A DNA stretch of 64,000 nt from a virus (Duplodnaviria; Caudoviricetes): positions 160,001 through 224,000 of IMG/VR virus record IMGVR_UViG_3300031760_000001. The stretch is one strand, 5' to 3'. The position numbers were made by a program, and so were the translations under genes. The notes below the pieces were generated by a model. It was not told the origin of the DNA. It was given only the letters and a program-made list of their open reading frames with translations, and did not search any database. Positions 19,689 through 30,406 of this stretch are shown piece by piece; the first letter of the stretch is position 1, and every line of letters starts with the position of its first letter.

Positions 19689-19804
19689 AATAAATTAATA
19701 TAACGCAGACAATTTACCAATAAATGGAGGAGAAAATTGGTAAAAGTTAATAATTTTGATTTTTAATAAATCAAACATATATTAAATGATATAAGATTTA
19801 TATT

Positions 19805-20548
19805 ATGGCAAACGCAAAAAATTTATTAGATGCTGCAAAAAAACAGAAACAAAACGGTTCAAAACCCGCAGGGGCACAGAAACAACCCAGGCAAATGTTA
19901 CAGGAAGCATTTGTCTCAACTGATTTGAATGCCCTTGAAAATATGTATTTCAATCCACAGGAACAGAATAATGACCCCCTAAACGAGGCGTATGAGGTAT
20001 ATCCAAACGGTCAAAAACGTAAAGTGTATGACCCAGAGGAAGATATGAAAGAACTTGCATCATTCAACGTAAGCCAGGCAACATCAAAAATGCCAAAGGC
20101 TATCCTTGAGTCAATGATAAGAAACCCTTTGAATATGCCAACTGACCACATAGAGACAAGTGGCGACATTATGGATGAAGCACTACAGAACCGTACAATG
20201 GATATCCTTGACAAACTTGAAGCCAGGGATAGACAGGGTAAACCAACACAACAAAGGCAACAGCCACAGTCAGTCTATAATCAGCAAAGTTTGAATAAAG
20301 ACATTGACTATAACCTGGGCTCAGATATTGACTACAAGAAAATTGCTCAAATAATTGAAGCTGTTGTTGACAAGAAACTTGGACAATATAAACAGGTTCT
20401 TTTGAATGAATCCAGAAACGGTGGTCAGAATGCACCTAAAGTGTCGTTTCTTAAATTAGGTGATACATTTACCTTTATGGATGATGCTAACAATGTTTAT
20501 GAGTGCAAGATGGTTTATAAAGGAAAAGGTAAAGTTAAACAGAATTAA
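19805..20548 (+). CDS. Hypothetical protein with several [LI]-x-E sites (possible head core protein)
   Basis: 247-aa ORF with MLQEA, PLNEA, ILESM and LLNES sites. Confidence 0.5.
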   Translation: MANAKNLLDAAKKQKQNGSKPAGAQKQPRQMLQEAFVSTDLNALENMYFNPQEQNNDPLNEAYEVYPNGQKRKVYDPEEDMKELASFNVSQATSKMPKAILESMIRNPLNMPTDHIETSGDIMDEALQNRTMDILDKLEARDRQGKPTQQRQQPQSVYNQQSLNKDIDYNLGSDIDYKKIAQIIEAVVDKKLGQYKQVLLNESRNGGQNAPKVSFLKLGDTFTFMDDANNVYECKMVYKGKGKVKQN

Positions 20549-20590
20549 TACATAATCACTTTAGTTTTTTATTTTTATTATATTAATCGG

Positions 20591-20623
20591 ATGAATCGCT
20601 GGGAAGCGGTTCATTTTTTTTTT
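20591..20623 (+). terminator. Rho-independent terminator
   Basis: atgaatcgct-ggga-agcggttcat followed by a long T tract. Confidence 0.8.
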
Positions 20624-20650
20624 ACATGAAAATTTTTGTATATTATATAT

Positions 20651-21688
20651 ATGAGAATTCTAATTATAAATGCAGTTGAATGGCCGTTTAATGAAAACAG
20701 TCTAATTATAGCAGGTCTTGGTGGAAGCGAAACTTGGTGTGTTCAATTAGCAGAAGCTTTTAACAGAAAAAAACAAGATGTGACAGTTTTATGTTGTTGT
20801 GAAACACACCAAACACATTCAGGGGTGAAATATATAAATTATTATGAAATAAATAACGTACTTTCACAACAAAAATTTGATTTGATAATAATCAGTAGAC
20901 ATTATTCAAATTTATTGAGTGGGATTGATTATTATAAAACATCCGATAATGTTTTTATCCAAGCCCATGATTATGTTATTTCAGGTGACGATATAGATAA
21001 AATTAAAACTTTCCCTTGTTTCAAAGGCGTTTCAACTTTATCAGCTTACCAAGAAAGAAGTATTCATGCAAATTGTCATGTTGATTGGCGATATATGGTC
21101 AGAGTTGGTAACGGTATTGATTCAAATCTGTTTGAAAATTTGGATTTAAATCCAAATAACAAAAGATTGTTATTCAGTAGTAATCCATTAAGGGGTGGAT
21201 ATATTCTAAAAGATATTGTCATTCCAAAATTGATTAATAATGGTGTTGATACTGGTGTTGATTTTTGCTCGTATGACACAACTGTTGTAGAGCAAAACGA
21301 ATACACAAATGTTCTCGGAAGTCTGTCAAAAGAATCTCTATATAAAGAAATGTCCAATCGTTACTGTTGGTTTTATCCTGGGGTATTCAATGAAACGTTT
21401 TGTATTTCAATGATTGAAAATATTATGTGTGGAAATGATATAATAGCCCCATTGACTTATGGATTATCCTCTGTTATTGAACCGTTTGTAAATGACGTAA
21501 CAATGAAACACCGTTTTGATACTACTGAAGATGAATTCTGGATGGCGGTGGATGAAGCAAGTAATAGAATTAATGAATCGTTCTGTAATTACGAAAAAGG
21601 TGAAGAGTTAAGAAAAGAACTTAAAAACTACATATTGTCCAATTATACATGGGACATAATTGCAGATAAATGGTTGAAATTGATTTAA
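20651..21688 (+). CDS. Glycosyltransferase, GT-B fold (GT4-like)
   Basis: GLGGSETW near the N-terminus, NGID, ETFCISMIE (E-x7-E) and C-terminal YTWDIIADKW. Confidence 0.85.
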   Translation: MRILIINAVEWPFNENSLIIAGLGGSETWCVQLAEAFNRKKQDVTVLCCCETHQTHSGVKYINYYEINNVLSQQKFDLIIISRHYSNLLSGIDYYKTSDNVFIQAHDYVISGDDIDKIKTFPCFKGVSTLSAYQERSIHANCHVDWRYMVRVGNGIDSNLFENLDLNPNNKRLLFSSNPLRGGYILKDIVIPKLINNGVDTGVDFCSYDTTVVEQNEYTNVLGSLSKESLYKEMSNRYCWFYPGVFNETFCISMIENIMCGNDIIAPLTYGLSSVIEPFVNDVTMKHRFDTTEDEFWMAVDEASNRINESFCNYEKGEELRKELKNYILSNYTWDIIADKWLKLI

Positions 21689-21716
21689 TATGTAAAAAAT
21701 TTTGTATATTAGAGGT

Positions 21717-22127
21717 ATGAGTAAGAATAGTCCATACATAAAAACCAAACTTCTTAAAAAACTTAAAAAAAGTGCAAGAAAAAGATATAAGTTTGAAGAA
21801 GTGTATACCAGAAACGAACAGCAACAGAGTGTACCTTTATATAGAGTCCTTGATACGATTTATGATTATGATGATTGTTATCGTGTTCAAAAAGAAACAA
21901 CCAATAAAGAAGAGGCTTGGAGTTTTTATTTATCAAAATACAGAGAGTTTATTTTTGAAAAATTAGACGACTATTACAAATATTGTAATAAAACGCCAAA
22001 AAGTATTCGTAAAAACCAAGAAACTAGATTGACTGCGGGTATAATTAGGCCAACAATTGATTTTCTTGTAAGGGATGAAAAAGTGATGTTAAAAATTAAA
22101 CAACAATCGAATAAAATTAAAATTTAA
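21717..22127 (+). CDS. Hypothetical basic protein
   Basis: ORF with ATG at 21717 downstream of an AAAATTTTGTATATT motif. Confidence 0.55.
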   Translation: MSKNSPYIKTKLLKKLKKSARKRYKFEEVYTRNEQQQSVPLYRVLDTIYDYDDCYRVQKETTNKEEAWSFYLSKYREFIFEKLDDYYKYCNKTPKSIRKNQETRLTAGIIRPTIDFLVRDEKVMLKIKQQSNKIKI

Positions 22128-22132
22128 ATCTT

Positions 22133-22756
22133 ATGTTAACAGAAGAAAAACTTAATGCAAATTACTTGAAATTTATCAATTACCTCCAGAAGTACAACTG
22201 CTACTCAGAGGATATGATGAAAGAACTTGGAGAAAAAATTAAATTGGCTCCTTATTCAATGGAGCGTGATATGGGTGGCGCTTATGATGGCGCTATGATT
22301 GATGTTACACTTAATACATTGTGTAAAATTGGTGCTCAGATTAATAACAATGCTATGGGTGCCAACGGTGGAGATAAAATTGCACACCCTTTGCTTGCTG
22401 TAAATAACAATATGCTCATGCGTGTGTTGCTTCTTATCAACATTGCAAAGGCTGAAATGTTTACTCCCAACAAAAGTGAGTGGCACAGAAAGAATCTTGG
22501 TCGAATGTATGAGTTTGTTGAAAACAAAACCAAACTTAAACTTGGTGCAAGAAGCCTTTATCTTTGTCAAAAGTACGGTATTCAACTTGAAGAGGAAGAG
22601 TTTGAGGCTTTCCTGACCATTGATAACCCAGATGACACTGGTGAGCGTTTCCAGTCACCTTTGTATACAATGGTTAAAGCAACCCAAATGTTTACTCTTG
22701 TTGAATTGAGACAGAAACAATTAGCTTTAAGTAAAACCGAAACACAAGAAATGTAA
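22133..22756 (+). CDS. HD-domain-like protein with degenerate metal-binding residues
   Basis: Layout APxS...GAYDGAMIDVTL...LLLINIAK...GARSLYL...GIQLEEEEFEAF parallels phage HD hydrolases, but the H and HD residues are absent. Confidence 0.55.
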   Translation: MLTEEKLNANYLKFINYLQKYNCYSEDMMKELGEKIKLAPYSMERDMGGAYDGAMIDVTLNTLCKIGAQINNNAMGANGGDKIAHPLLAVNNNMLMRVLLLINIAKAEMFTPNKSEWHRKNLGRMYEFVENKTKLKLGARSLYLCQKYGIQLEEEEFEAFLTIDNPDDTGERFQSPLYTMVKATQMFTLVELRQKQLALSKTETQEM

Positions 22757-23070
22757 TGACTGAGTTAGAAAATATAATGGCTGAATGTTATCACCACAGT
22801 GCTGATAGAACCTTTCACTGGTGTGTTGAAAAACAGAAACCATGCACTTATCCAGATTGTAACATTTACAAAAAAAGAAAAACATTATCGGAAACGTTGA
22901 CTGAGCCAAAACCACTTGTTGGTTGTGTGAAATGTGGGAAAGAAATTGCAGGTCATATATACGGTAATATGTGCAGGGAAAGTGAAAGCTATTGTAAAGA
23001 ATGCTATGATAAACTAAGCCAGCAAGAAAAAGACTTATTAGACTGGCATTTTTCTTGTGATTGGTTTTAA
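22756..23070 (+). CDS. Cys-rich zinc-finger-like protein
   Basis: CVKC...YCKEC and further Cys/His residues. Confidence 0.55.
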   Translation: MTELENIMAECYHHSADRTFHWCVEKQKPCTYPDCNIYKKRKTLSETLTEPKPLVGCVKCGKEIAGHIYGNMCRESESYCKECYDKLSQQEKDLLDWHFSCDWF

Positions 23071-23091
23071 TAAAACAAAAAATTATATAAT

Positions 23092-23559
23092 ATGAATAAC
23101 CCTAAATTAAAAATATGTAATAAGTCACCACATGAGAATCCCAGTTATGCTAAACCTGGTGATAGTGGTATGGATTTAAGAGCATGGGTAACCAATGATG
23201 CACCGATAGCGATAGTATTAAAACCACTTGAACGTGCATTGATTCATACTGGTATCTATGTTGAAATACCTTATGGATATGAAATTCAAGTTAGACCTAA
23301 GAGTGGTCAGGCTTTGAAAAGAGGTTTAGTTGTACTTAATACCCCTGGAACGGTTGATGTGAATTATCGTGGTGAAATTTGTGTAATTGCAATCAATCTT
23401 TCAAATGAAGAGATTATAATTGAAGATGGTGAAAAGATTGCACAAATGGTGTTATGCCCAGTTCAGCATGAAGGTTTGGTTGATATAGAAGTTGTTGATG
23501 AAATTTCAACTGATACTGAACGAGGGTCTGGTGGATTCGGTCACACTGGTGTTCAATAA
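23092..23559 (+). CDS. dut: Trimeric dUTPase
   Basis: All five motifs: SGMDLRA, RPKSG, GTVDVNYRGEI, IAQMV, RGSGGFGHTG. Confidence 0.95.
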   Translation: MNNPKLKICNKSPHENPSYAKPGDSGMDLRAWVTNDAPIAIVLKPLERALIHTGIYVEIPYGYEIQVRPKSGQALKRGLVVLNTPGTVDVNYRGEICVIAINLSNEEIIIEDGEKIAQMVLCPVQHEGLVDIEVVDEISTDTERGSGGFGHTGVQ

Positions 23560-23581
23560 CTTTTAAATAATAATAAAAAAT

Positions 23582-23612
23582 AAAGCACTCTGATTTCAGG
23601 GTGCTTTTTTTT
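23582..23612 (+). terminator. Rho-independent terminator
   Basis: aaagcactctga-tt-tcagggtgcttt followed by a T tract. Confidence 0.8.
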
Positions 23613-23678
23613 ATTTTTGTTTTTTTATCTATATTGTTATATATTAAGATTAAATAATAATATAAAACAGAATTTAAT

Positions 23679-24134
23679 ATGGGACTTTTAGATGATTACC
23701 AGAAAATGGTTGAAGAAGACGAAAAAAATTTGAATAACAACGCTCCAATGGACGGTCTTGAAATGACCGAGGAAGAAATGAAGGAATATGAAAAACGCCT
23801 TAATAAAATGCGTGAAGAAATCAAGAATAACGAGGATTGTGGGGTTGATTGTGAAAAAGCTTGGAATAAAGAAGTAAGACCTCTAGATAAATATAAAGAG
23901 GAAGATTTGAAAACTGATTATGTTAAGGTTACACCGATGGTTAAGAGAGCTTATTGCCCAGAATGTGGTAAAGAAATTATTAACCGTGGTCCTGTAATGT
24001 ACAATCCATTCAGTTTTGAGAAAACTTGCCCACATGTATGTGAGTGTGGTTGGAAGGGTGATTTGGAATATTCATACCCACGTGTTGTGTTTGTTACCGA
24101 GGATGGCACACAAATCGAGGCTTATGCAAAATAA
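23679..24134 (+). CDS. Zinc-ribbon protein
   Basis: CPECG...CECGW. Confidence 0.6.
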   Translation: MGLLDDYQKMVEEDEKNLNNNAPMDGLEMTEEEMKEYEKRLNKMREEIKNNEDCGVDCEKAWNKEVRPLDKYKEEDLKTDYVKVTPMVKRAYCPECGKEIINRGPVMYNPFSFEKTCPHVCECGWKGDLEYSYPRVVFVTEDGTQIEAYAK

Positions 24135-24152
24135 TTTGAAACAAATTTAAAT

Positions 24153-24758
24153 ATGACAATAGCAATTGACATTAATGATGTAATCAGGGATAATATGTTC
24201 CAGTTCAGGTACATTTACCAGAAATACATTGACAGTACTTTCGAAATTAACCTGGATGACATTGACACATACAATATGTTAGACCATTATCCTTTCGAGG
24301 ATGAAAGTGAACTTAACCAGTTCAAGTATCTTGACTACCCGTTTGAACTTTACGGTCGTGCCGAAGCTTGTGACAAGAGGCTTCCTTTCGCACTTAATGA
24401 TTATCTGGAAAAGACACTTAAAGACCTTGATGAGGTTCCTAATGTAATTTTGTTCTCGCCTTTTGAGATTGGTTTGACAATTCAGTCAACTTTTTCTTTC
24501 CTTTCAGCCAGGACAATCAGAGCCAGGGAAATTTATTTCCCGATTGACTCAATGACAATCTATGACCGTGCTGATGTCGTGATTACCGCACAGCCAAATC
24601 TTATTGAAAATTGCCCTGAGAACAAAACTGTCATCAAGGTTACCAAACCATATAACAAGGAAATTGAAACCAAATATTCATTTGATTCAATGATGGACAT
24701 TATCAATGACCCAAATGAAACACTTATTAAAATAATTGAAAATAAAATTGAAAAATAA
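24153..24758 (+). CDS. HAD-fold 5'(3')-deoxyribonucleotidase-like protein
   Basis: N-terminal IAIDINDVIRD (variant of DxDGV) and C-terminal IKVTKPYNK. Confidence 0.6.
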   Translation: MTIAIDINDVIRDNMFQFRYIYQKYIDSTFEINLDDIDTYNMLDHYPFEDESELNQFKYLDYPFELYGRAEACDKRLPFALNDYLEKTLKDLDEVPNVILFSPFEIGLTIQSTFSFLSARTIRAREIYFPIDSMTIYDRADVVITAQPNLIENCPENKTVIKVTKPYNKEIETKYSFDSMMDIINDPNETLIKIIENKIEK

Positions 24759-25144
24759 TGAATAGCAATTATTTGGAAATTGAAGGCAAATACTATGCCA
24801 TTGATATGGGTAAGGTTATTGAATTCATCAGTGAAAGTGAATCATCAACCCAGACTATAAACCAGTCATACGGCATACCTTTGACTGATGACGGAACTGT
24901 GGCTGGTGATATTAGGTTAATCAGTAAGGAAATTGCCGAAACAAAAGAATCGGTTGGTGAAAATATGTCTAACTTGAGATATTCAATGCTGACATATCTG
25001 TTGAATATTTTACTTTCACCACTATCGGACGGAAGTGGTAACGTTGTAGTGGCTGAAAGTATGAGAAGCTTGCATCTTGGACAGGTGATTTCATTTAACA
25101 CTCTGTTTGAGATGGGAATAATTTACGAAATTGAAAACAACTAA
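24758..25144 (+). CDS. Hypothetical protein
   Basis: 128-aa ORF with stop/start overlaps to both neighbours. Confidence 0.65.
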   Translation: MNSNYLEIEGKYYAIDMGKVIEFISESESSTQTINQSYGIPLTDDGTVAGDIRLISKEIAETKESVGENMSNLRYSMLTYLLNILLSPLSDGSGNVVVAESMRSLHLGQVISFNTLFEMGIIYEIENN

Positions 25145-26316
25145 TGGCTACAAAAGAAGAAGCAATTAAGAGACTTGAAGATGAGATTAATAAATTAAAA
25201 AATAAGGATTTTAATATATTTTTCTTTACTGTTGACAGCAAAAACGTACCAAGCGGAAGTCTTGTGTATTCATACGAATTGGCTTTGTCGTTGAAGAAAC
25301 TTGGATATAATGTAACAATGTTGTATCAGTTGGAAAATGAAATGCATGATAGACAGAAAAAGAAATTGATTGAAAAGGGTACATATAACCCTATGGATGA
25401 TAACGTGTTCTGTGGTGTTGGTGACTGGATGGGTCAGGAATATGCAGACCTGCCACATTTGAACATTGCAAAGAAAAATGCATGGTCAGTATCACCATCG
25501 GATTTCCTTTTCATACCTGAAGCGTTTGCTAGTCTTATGTCACAGACTTATGTGTATAAAATCCCATGCCAACGATATGTTCTGTTATATAATTTTGATT
25601 ATGTTACGGATATGATACCTTTCGGTGCAAGCTGGATTAACTTTGGTATCAAGGATTGTGTCACAACCACCGATTTGCAAGCAAGGTTAATCGAGGATGT
25701 TATGCCTTATGTCAAAACAAATGTGATTAAACCATATATTCCAGAATATTTCCGTAAACCAGTCAAACCCAAAAACCTTGTTGTCAACGTTATTTCAAAA
25801 CGCCAGACAGATGTCAAGAAACTTATGAAGACTTTCTATTGGAAATATCCAGTGTATAAATTTGTTGCATTCAAAGACCTTAGGGGTATGACACGTGAAC
25901 ATTATGCTGATATGTTAAAAGAGGGTGCTATTACGGTATGGATTGACACAGAGACACCATTCGGTTTCGGTGCCCTTGAAGCAATGCGCTGTGACAACAT
26001 CGTAATCGGTAAACTTCCAGAGAATACACAAGAGTGGATGGTTGATGAGAACGATGAACTTCGTGACAATGTTATTTGGTTTGACAATATGACCGAACTT
26101 CCAGACCTTTTGGCTGATGTTGTAGGTTCCTGGATGCAGGATGAAATTCCACAGGTACTTTACACTGAAATGGAAAAGACCAACACAATGTACACCAAAA
26201 AGGAATGGGATGAAAATGTAGAGGTGTTCGTTAACCAAATGGTTGAAAGACGGCTCAACGAGTTCGAAGTATTCAAGAACAATATGTTTAATAAAGATAA
26301 AAAAGACGAAGAATAA
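25144..26316 (+). CDS. Glycosyltransferase, GT-B fold
   Basis: SGSLVYSYELALSLKKLGYNV and TPFGFGALEAMRCDNIVIG donor-binding motif. Confidence 0.75.
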   Translation: MATKEEAIKRLEDEINKLKNKDFNIFFFTVDSKNVPSGSLVYSYELALSLKKLGYNVTMLYQLENEMHDRQKKKLIEKGTYNPMDDNVFCGVGDWMGQEYADLPHLNIAKKNAWSVSPSDFLFIPEAFASLMSQTYVYKIPCQRYVLLYNFDYVTDMIPFGASWINFGIKDCVTTTDLQARLIEDVMPYVKTNVIKPYIPEYFRKPVKPKNLVVNVISKRQTDVKKLMKTFYWKYPVYKFVAFKDLRGMTREHYADMLKEGAITVWIDTETPFGFGALEAMRCDNIVIGKLPENTQEWMVDENDELRDNVIWFDNMTELPDLLADVVGSWMQDEIPQVLYTEMEKTNTMYTKKEWDENVEVFVNQMVERRLNEFEVFKNNMFNKDKKDEE

Positions 26317-27110
26317 TGAAAGACATTACTGTTATAATTCCAGTTCTAGAAGCTCAATTGGATTCAAATGAATTAGTAAACGCAGTTAACAGCGTAAAAG
26401 AGTGTCAAAAGTACTATAACGACGGCAAATTAAAAGTTCTTATTGTCGTTGAGAAAGTTGAAAATGGCTTTGATTATACGACTTTTGACGATATTAAGTA
26501 TAAGTATATTGTAAATGATAGTGGCAAATATGACTATTGTTCACAAATTAATTTTGGTGTAAAACATGTTGATACTGAATATTTCTCTATTCTTGAATAT
26601 GATGACTATTACACAAAGAAATGGTTCAAGATGTTCAATGACTATTACACAACCAATGAGAATGTAAGTGTGTTCCTCCCAATCAACGTGCTTCATAACG
26701 CAAAAACAAATGAACGTGAATTTGTAAACGACATTATCTGGTCAAGTGGTTTTGCCAATGAGATTGGCTACATCGACTTTGACTGTTTACAGGCAACTGC
26801 TTCATTCAATCTTACGGGCGGAATATTCAAAACGAGTGACTGGCTTGGTTACAAACCGTCTATTTCAATTGCTTTCAACTATGAATATCTTCTGAGAGCT
26901 ACAAAGAAAGAACAGAAAGTGTTCGTTATTCCAAAAGAGGGATATCATCATGAGATTTTCAAAGAGGGAAGTCTATCAGAATATTATTTGAACAATATTA
27001 GTGACGATGACAACGCTAAATGGTTTGAACTGGCTAAAAAGGAATATGCCTTTGACAAAGACAGAAACAAAGACATTGAGAATATAAATGATGAAGATGA
27101 GAAGAAATAA
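26316..27110 (+). CDS. Glycosyltransferase family 2
   Basis: ITVIIPV at the N-terminus and NFGVKHVDTEYFSILEYDDYY. Confidence 0.8.
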   Translation: MKDITVIIPVLEAQLDSNELVNAVNSVKECQKYYNDGKLKVLIVVEKVENGFDYTTFDDIKYKYIVNDSGKYDYCSQINFGVKHVDTEYFSILEYDDYYTKKWFKMFNDYYTTNENVSVFLPINVLHNAKTNEREFVNDIIWSSGFANEIGYIDFDCLQATASFNLTGGIFKTSDWLGYKPSISIAFNYEYLLRATKKEQKVFVIPKEGYHHEIFKEGSLSEYYLNNISDDDNAKWFELAKKEYAFDKDRNKDIENINDEDEKK

Positions 27111-27917
27111 ATGGCTGACGAAACCGAAATTAAGGATTTAACCACAACAGGTGTCGAAGAGGCACCTGTTGTTGAATCTTTACCGAAAAAGAGGGGAAGA
27201 AAACCAAACCCCAATAAAAAGAATATGTATTTCTCAGAATATGAGGAAGACATATTCAAACAGTATTTAAACAGTGAGGATGAGGGATTCAGGAACAAAG
27301 TGTTCAATGAGGTTCTTTATCCAGTGTTCACCAAAATGGTTGAGTCTATTATACGCAGGTATATACTGTTTACACCTGGTGAGGATTTCCAGGATACTTT
27401 CAATGATGCAATGTCACACTTAATATCCAAAGTAAAGCATTTCAAGCCCGAAAAAAACAAGAAAGCGTTCTCATATTGCGGTACAATCTGTAAAAACTAC
27501 GCTTTACATAAGAGACAGAAAACACAAGACAAACTCCAAAAATATGTTTCATATGATGTGGTGTACAACGACATACACCCAGATATGAGGACAACTAATG
27601 ACCCAATGTTCGGTGATGTCAATTTCACTCAGTCAATTATGATTCGTTCAGCGGAGGAAATTAAAAAAATGGTAGATGATTCCAGTAGGTATAATTTGAA
27701 TGACTCGGATATAAAGGTTGGAATGGCTTTGGTTAATCTGCTTACCAATTGGGATGAAATATTTATGAATCTTGAATCCAAGAAATATAATAAAAGTGAG
27801 GTGGATTCCTTTATTAAAGAGACCACATTACTTTCAACCAAACAAATCAGGGATGCCAAGAAAAAATTTTCCAATGTATACTTTAAACTTAAAGAGCAAA
27901 TGTTAAATGAGGACTAA
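27111..27917 (+). CDS. gp55-like phage late sigma factor
   Basis: MYFSE...KMVESIIRRY...DAMSHLISKVKHFKPEKNKKAFSYCGTICKNY resembles region 2 of gp55-family sigma factors (F.PEK...AF.Y...I..). Confidence 0.7.
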   Translation: MADETEIKDLTTTGVEEAPVVESLPKKRGRKPNPNKKNMYFSEYEEDIFKQYLNSEDEGFRNKVFNEVLYPVFTKMVESIIRRYILFTPGEDFQDTFNDAMSHLISKVKHFKPEKNKKAFSYCGTICKNYALHKRQKTQDKLQKYVSYDVVYNDIHPDMRTTNDPMFGDVNFTQSIMIRSAEEIKKMVDDSSRYNLNDSDIKVGMALVNLLTNWDEIFMNLESKKYNKSEVDSFIKETTLLSTKQIRDAKKKFSNVYFKLKEQMLNED

Positions 27918-27925
27918 TTATTATT

Positions 27926-28315
27926 ATGAGACAGTTGAAACAGTATAAATTAAAGGTAGATTCAAAGGAAAAGATTGAGGAACTTTTACAGGAAATCTAC
28001 AACGAGGCTTGCAAGAATATTGAGGAGGCTCAGAATGAAATCAACAAGATTAGTCATTCAACCGACCTCAACACCGAGATTATTGACGGCAAGGCAAAAT
28101 ATGCCAAAGCTATAAATGATTTTATTACAACAAAAGACAAGGCAATCGCAAGAAAATTCGAGATTGCCAAACTTTTGACTGAAATCATTAAATTCAACGG
28201 AAATGTCCAGCAAGCATTCACAGAAGGTGATGTCCCAGGTAATTGGGATGATATTGTTGTGACATCACCCAATATAGACAATAATAATGGACCTATTGAA
28301 TATACACTCAGATAA
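27926..28315 (+). CDS. Hypothetical helical protein
   Basis: 129-aa ORF in an operon. Confidence 0.65.
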   Translation: MRQLKQYKLKVDSKEKIEELLQEIYNEACKNIEEAQNEINKISHSTDLNTEIIDGKAKYAKAINDFITTKDKAIARKFEIAKLLTEIIKFNGNVQQAFTEGDVPGNWDDIVVTSPNIDNNNGPIEYTLR

Positions 28316-30405
28316 TGGCAACGGAACAGACCAAACAAGAGGCAATGAATAAACTAAATGGCGTTATTGCTGCTTTAAACAATTATCCTGATTTAAACAC
28401 CACTAACACTTTGTTTTCATATGACAAATCAACCAACCCAACTGATTTGCTTGTTGATTTTTTCAAGACAACCAAAGGATATGACTGGCTGATTATTGCT
28501 GTATCCAAGTTCATTGCTATAACAATTCCAGTGCTTGAACTGGCGGTCAAGGGTGTTCTGTTATCAAATATACGTACAATGCTGAGCTGTTCAACTAATC
28601 CACTTATAACGGAACAGATGATACAAGAGGGTGTGGTGTTCAACCTTAACAGGGTTGACATTTTCAATATGTTCAAATATTCACCACTTAACAAGAAAAA
28701 AGATAATCCAGGAAAATATTATTATTTCGGTTGTGACCCAGAGGATGGTATTGTTGATTTCACCGACTTAAAATATTCACGTGATTTCAATGCTGTTTTA
28801 TGGTATGCCAAAAATGCACCAGGTGAAAGAATTGCCTGGAGGCGTGAAGGCGATGTTGGTAAACCATATAATATATCCAAACGTGGTGTTGGTGAGATTG
28901 TAACTTGGACTAAACAAGTGAAAAGTAATGGTATTACAACAATACAATATAACGGAAGGTCTTCTGGACTAAGTAAAGCTGATGGTAGTGAAATGTTTGT
29001 CCAAGAACCGATTGAAAATTGTATACATGTTTTTATTGGATATTGTGTTCCAGAGAAAACTGGTGATAAAACCACTGAAATTGAGGCTTGTACAAAAAAA
29101 GTTTCATTATTTAATGAATTTTATGAGAAAATTGATGATTATTATAAAAAAATAAGACAAGGGAAAAGGTCACAAAAAAAAGATGCTTCTGACCGTGGGG
29201 CATCGGCTGAAGAATTAAACAATATTGAATTAATTGCTAAACAAGACAGGGAATTAATTGATAGAATAATATACGCTATTGATGGTATAAATAAAGACAA
29301 TCCTGCATCAACAGATACAGCAATTGAAGTTATACTTGGTGGTACAAGTTTCATTATACAGACATTACATGAAACAATCACCATACCAACTGAATTACTT
29401 GGTAGTAATAGAATGGAACAAAGAGCAAGAAAAGTGAATCTGCTTGATGAAGACAGTCATAAGATAACTTCTTTTCCTGACCCGAAATCAAATTACTATT
29501 ACAGACACCCGTTGTTTGAATGGAATACTGACTTTGTTATGTCAATGAAATTGTTTGATGAAAAGGTTGTTGCTGCAATGTTAATTGATGGTATAACTGG
29601 GTGTCTCAAAAACAGTGTGGATATTTCACTAACTTTCCAAATGCAGTTTATGCAGGAACAATTACATGAAATGATTAAAAAAGTAATTGAAACTGATGAG
29701 GGAGTTGTCAGCGACTGTTTTTTCTCATTTACCAATGATTCATATAATGCAATGTTGAATGAGGTTGAATTGAACAGGGCAAATTTACATAATCTCAACA
29801 ATCAAACTGTCAACACTATACCATCAGCCGATGAAGTTATGGCATCATTGAACACATTAAGTCATGATGCTTCAAAAGAAGAACTTACAAGTGCAATCAG
29901 TGGCTCGATATTCAGTGCTGTTGCGTGTTCAACTCCAATAGATAAGAAATTTGATTTAAATGTTGAGTATAATTTCGAATTCAATGCAAATATGTCCGTT
30001 ATGGATAAACTGCTTGAAATGTTGGTATACGCTATCGTCAATGTCATATTGCAACCAAAAGTCTATATATTGTTGATGACTAACCTGAAATTGCTTGGCG
30101 GTGAACCTAATTTTGATATATTCAAATTTATGCAACAGTTCAGAGATTTGATTGCTGATATTATAAAAACTGTCAGGGACAACATTCTTGAATATTTCAA
30201 GAATGAAATGATGGATATATTAAGTAATTTAACCAAGGATTTGGCGATAAAACTGACTTTGGAACAATATCAATACTACATAACACTGTTGACACATTGC
30301 ACCGATTGTTTTAAGGTACATGGAAATGAACTTGATTGGGTGCAAGATGATGTCAACTATGCTGATATATTAGAATTAAATCAAGAATTAAATCAAGAAT
30401 GTTAA
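28315..30405 (+). CDS. Large hypothetical protein (baseplate/tail region)
   Basis: 696-aa ORF upstream of the gp5-like gene. Confidence 0.6.
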   Translation: MATEQTKQEAMNKLNGVIAALNNYPDLNTTNTLFSYDKSTNPTDLLVDFFKTTKGYDWLIIAVSKFIAITIPVLELAVKGVLLSNIRTMLSCSTNPLITEQMIQEGVVFNLNRVDIFNMFKYSPLNKKKDNPGKYYYFGCDPEDGIVDFTDLKYSRDFNAVLWYAKNAPGERIAWRREGDVGKPYNISKRGVGEIVTWTKQVKSNGITTIQYNGRSSGLSKADGSEMFVQEPIENCIHVFIGYCVPEKTGDKTTEIEACTKKVSLFNEFYEKIDDYYKKIRQGKRSQKKDASDRGASAEELNNIELIAKQDRELIDRIIYAIDGINKDNPASTDTAIEVILGGTSFIIQTLHETITIPTELLGSNRMEQRARKVNLLDEDSHKITSFPDPKSNYYYRHPLFEWNTDFVMSMKLFDEKVVAAMLIDGITGCLKNSVDISLTFQMQFMQEQLHEMIKKVIETDEGVVSDCFFSFTNDSYNAMLNEVELNRANLHNLNNQTVNTIPSADEVMASLNTLSHDASKEELTSAISGSIFSAVACSTPIDKKFDLNVEYNFEFNANMSVMDKLLEMLVYAIVNVILQPKVYILLMTNLKLLGGEPNFDIFKFMQQFRDLIADIIKTVRDNILEYFKNEMMDILSNLTKDLAIKLTLEQYQYYITLLTHCTDCFKVHGNELDWVQDDVNYADILELNQELNQEC

Positions 30406-30406
30406 T

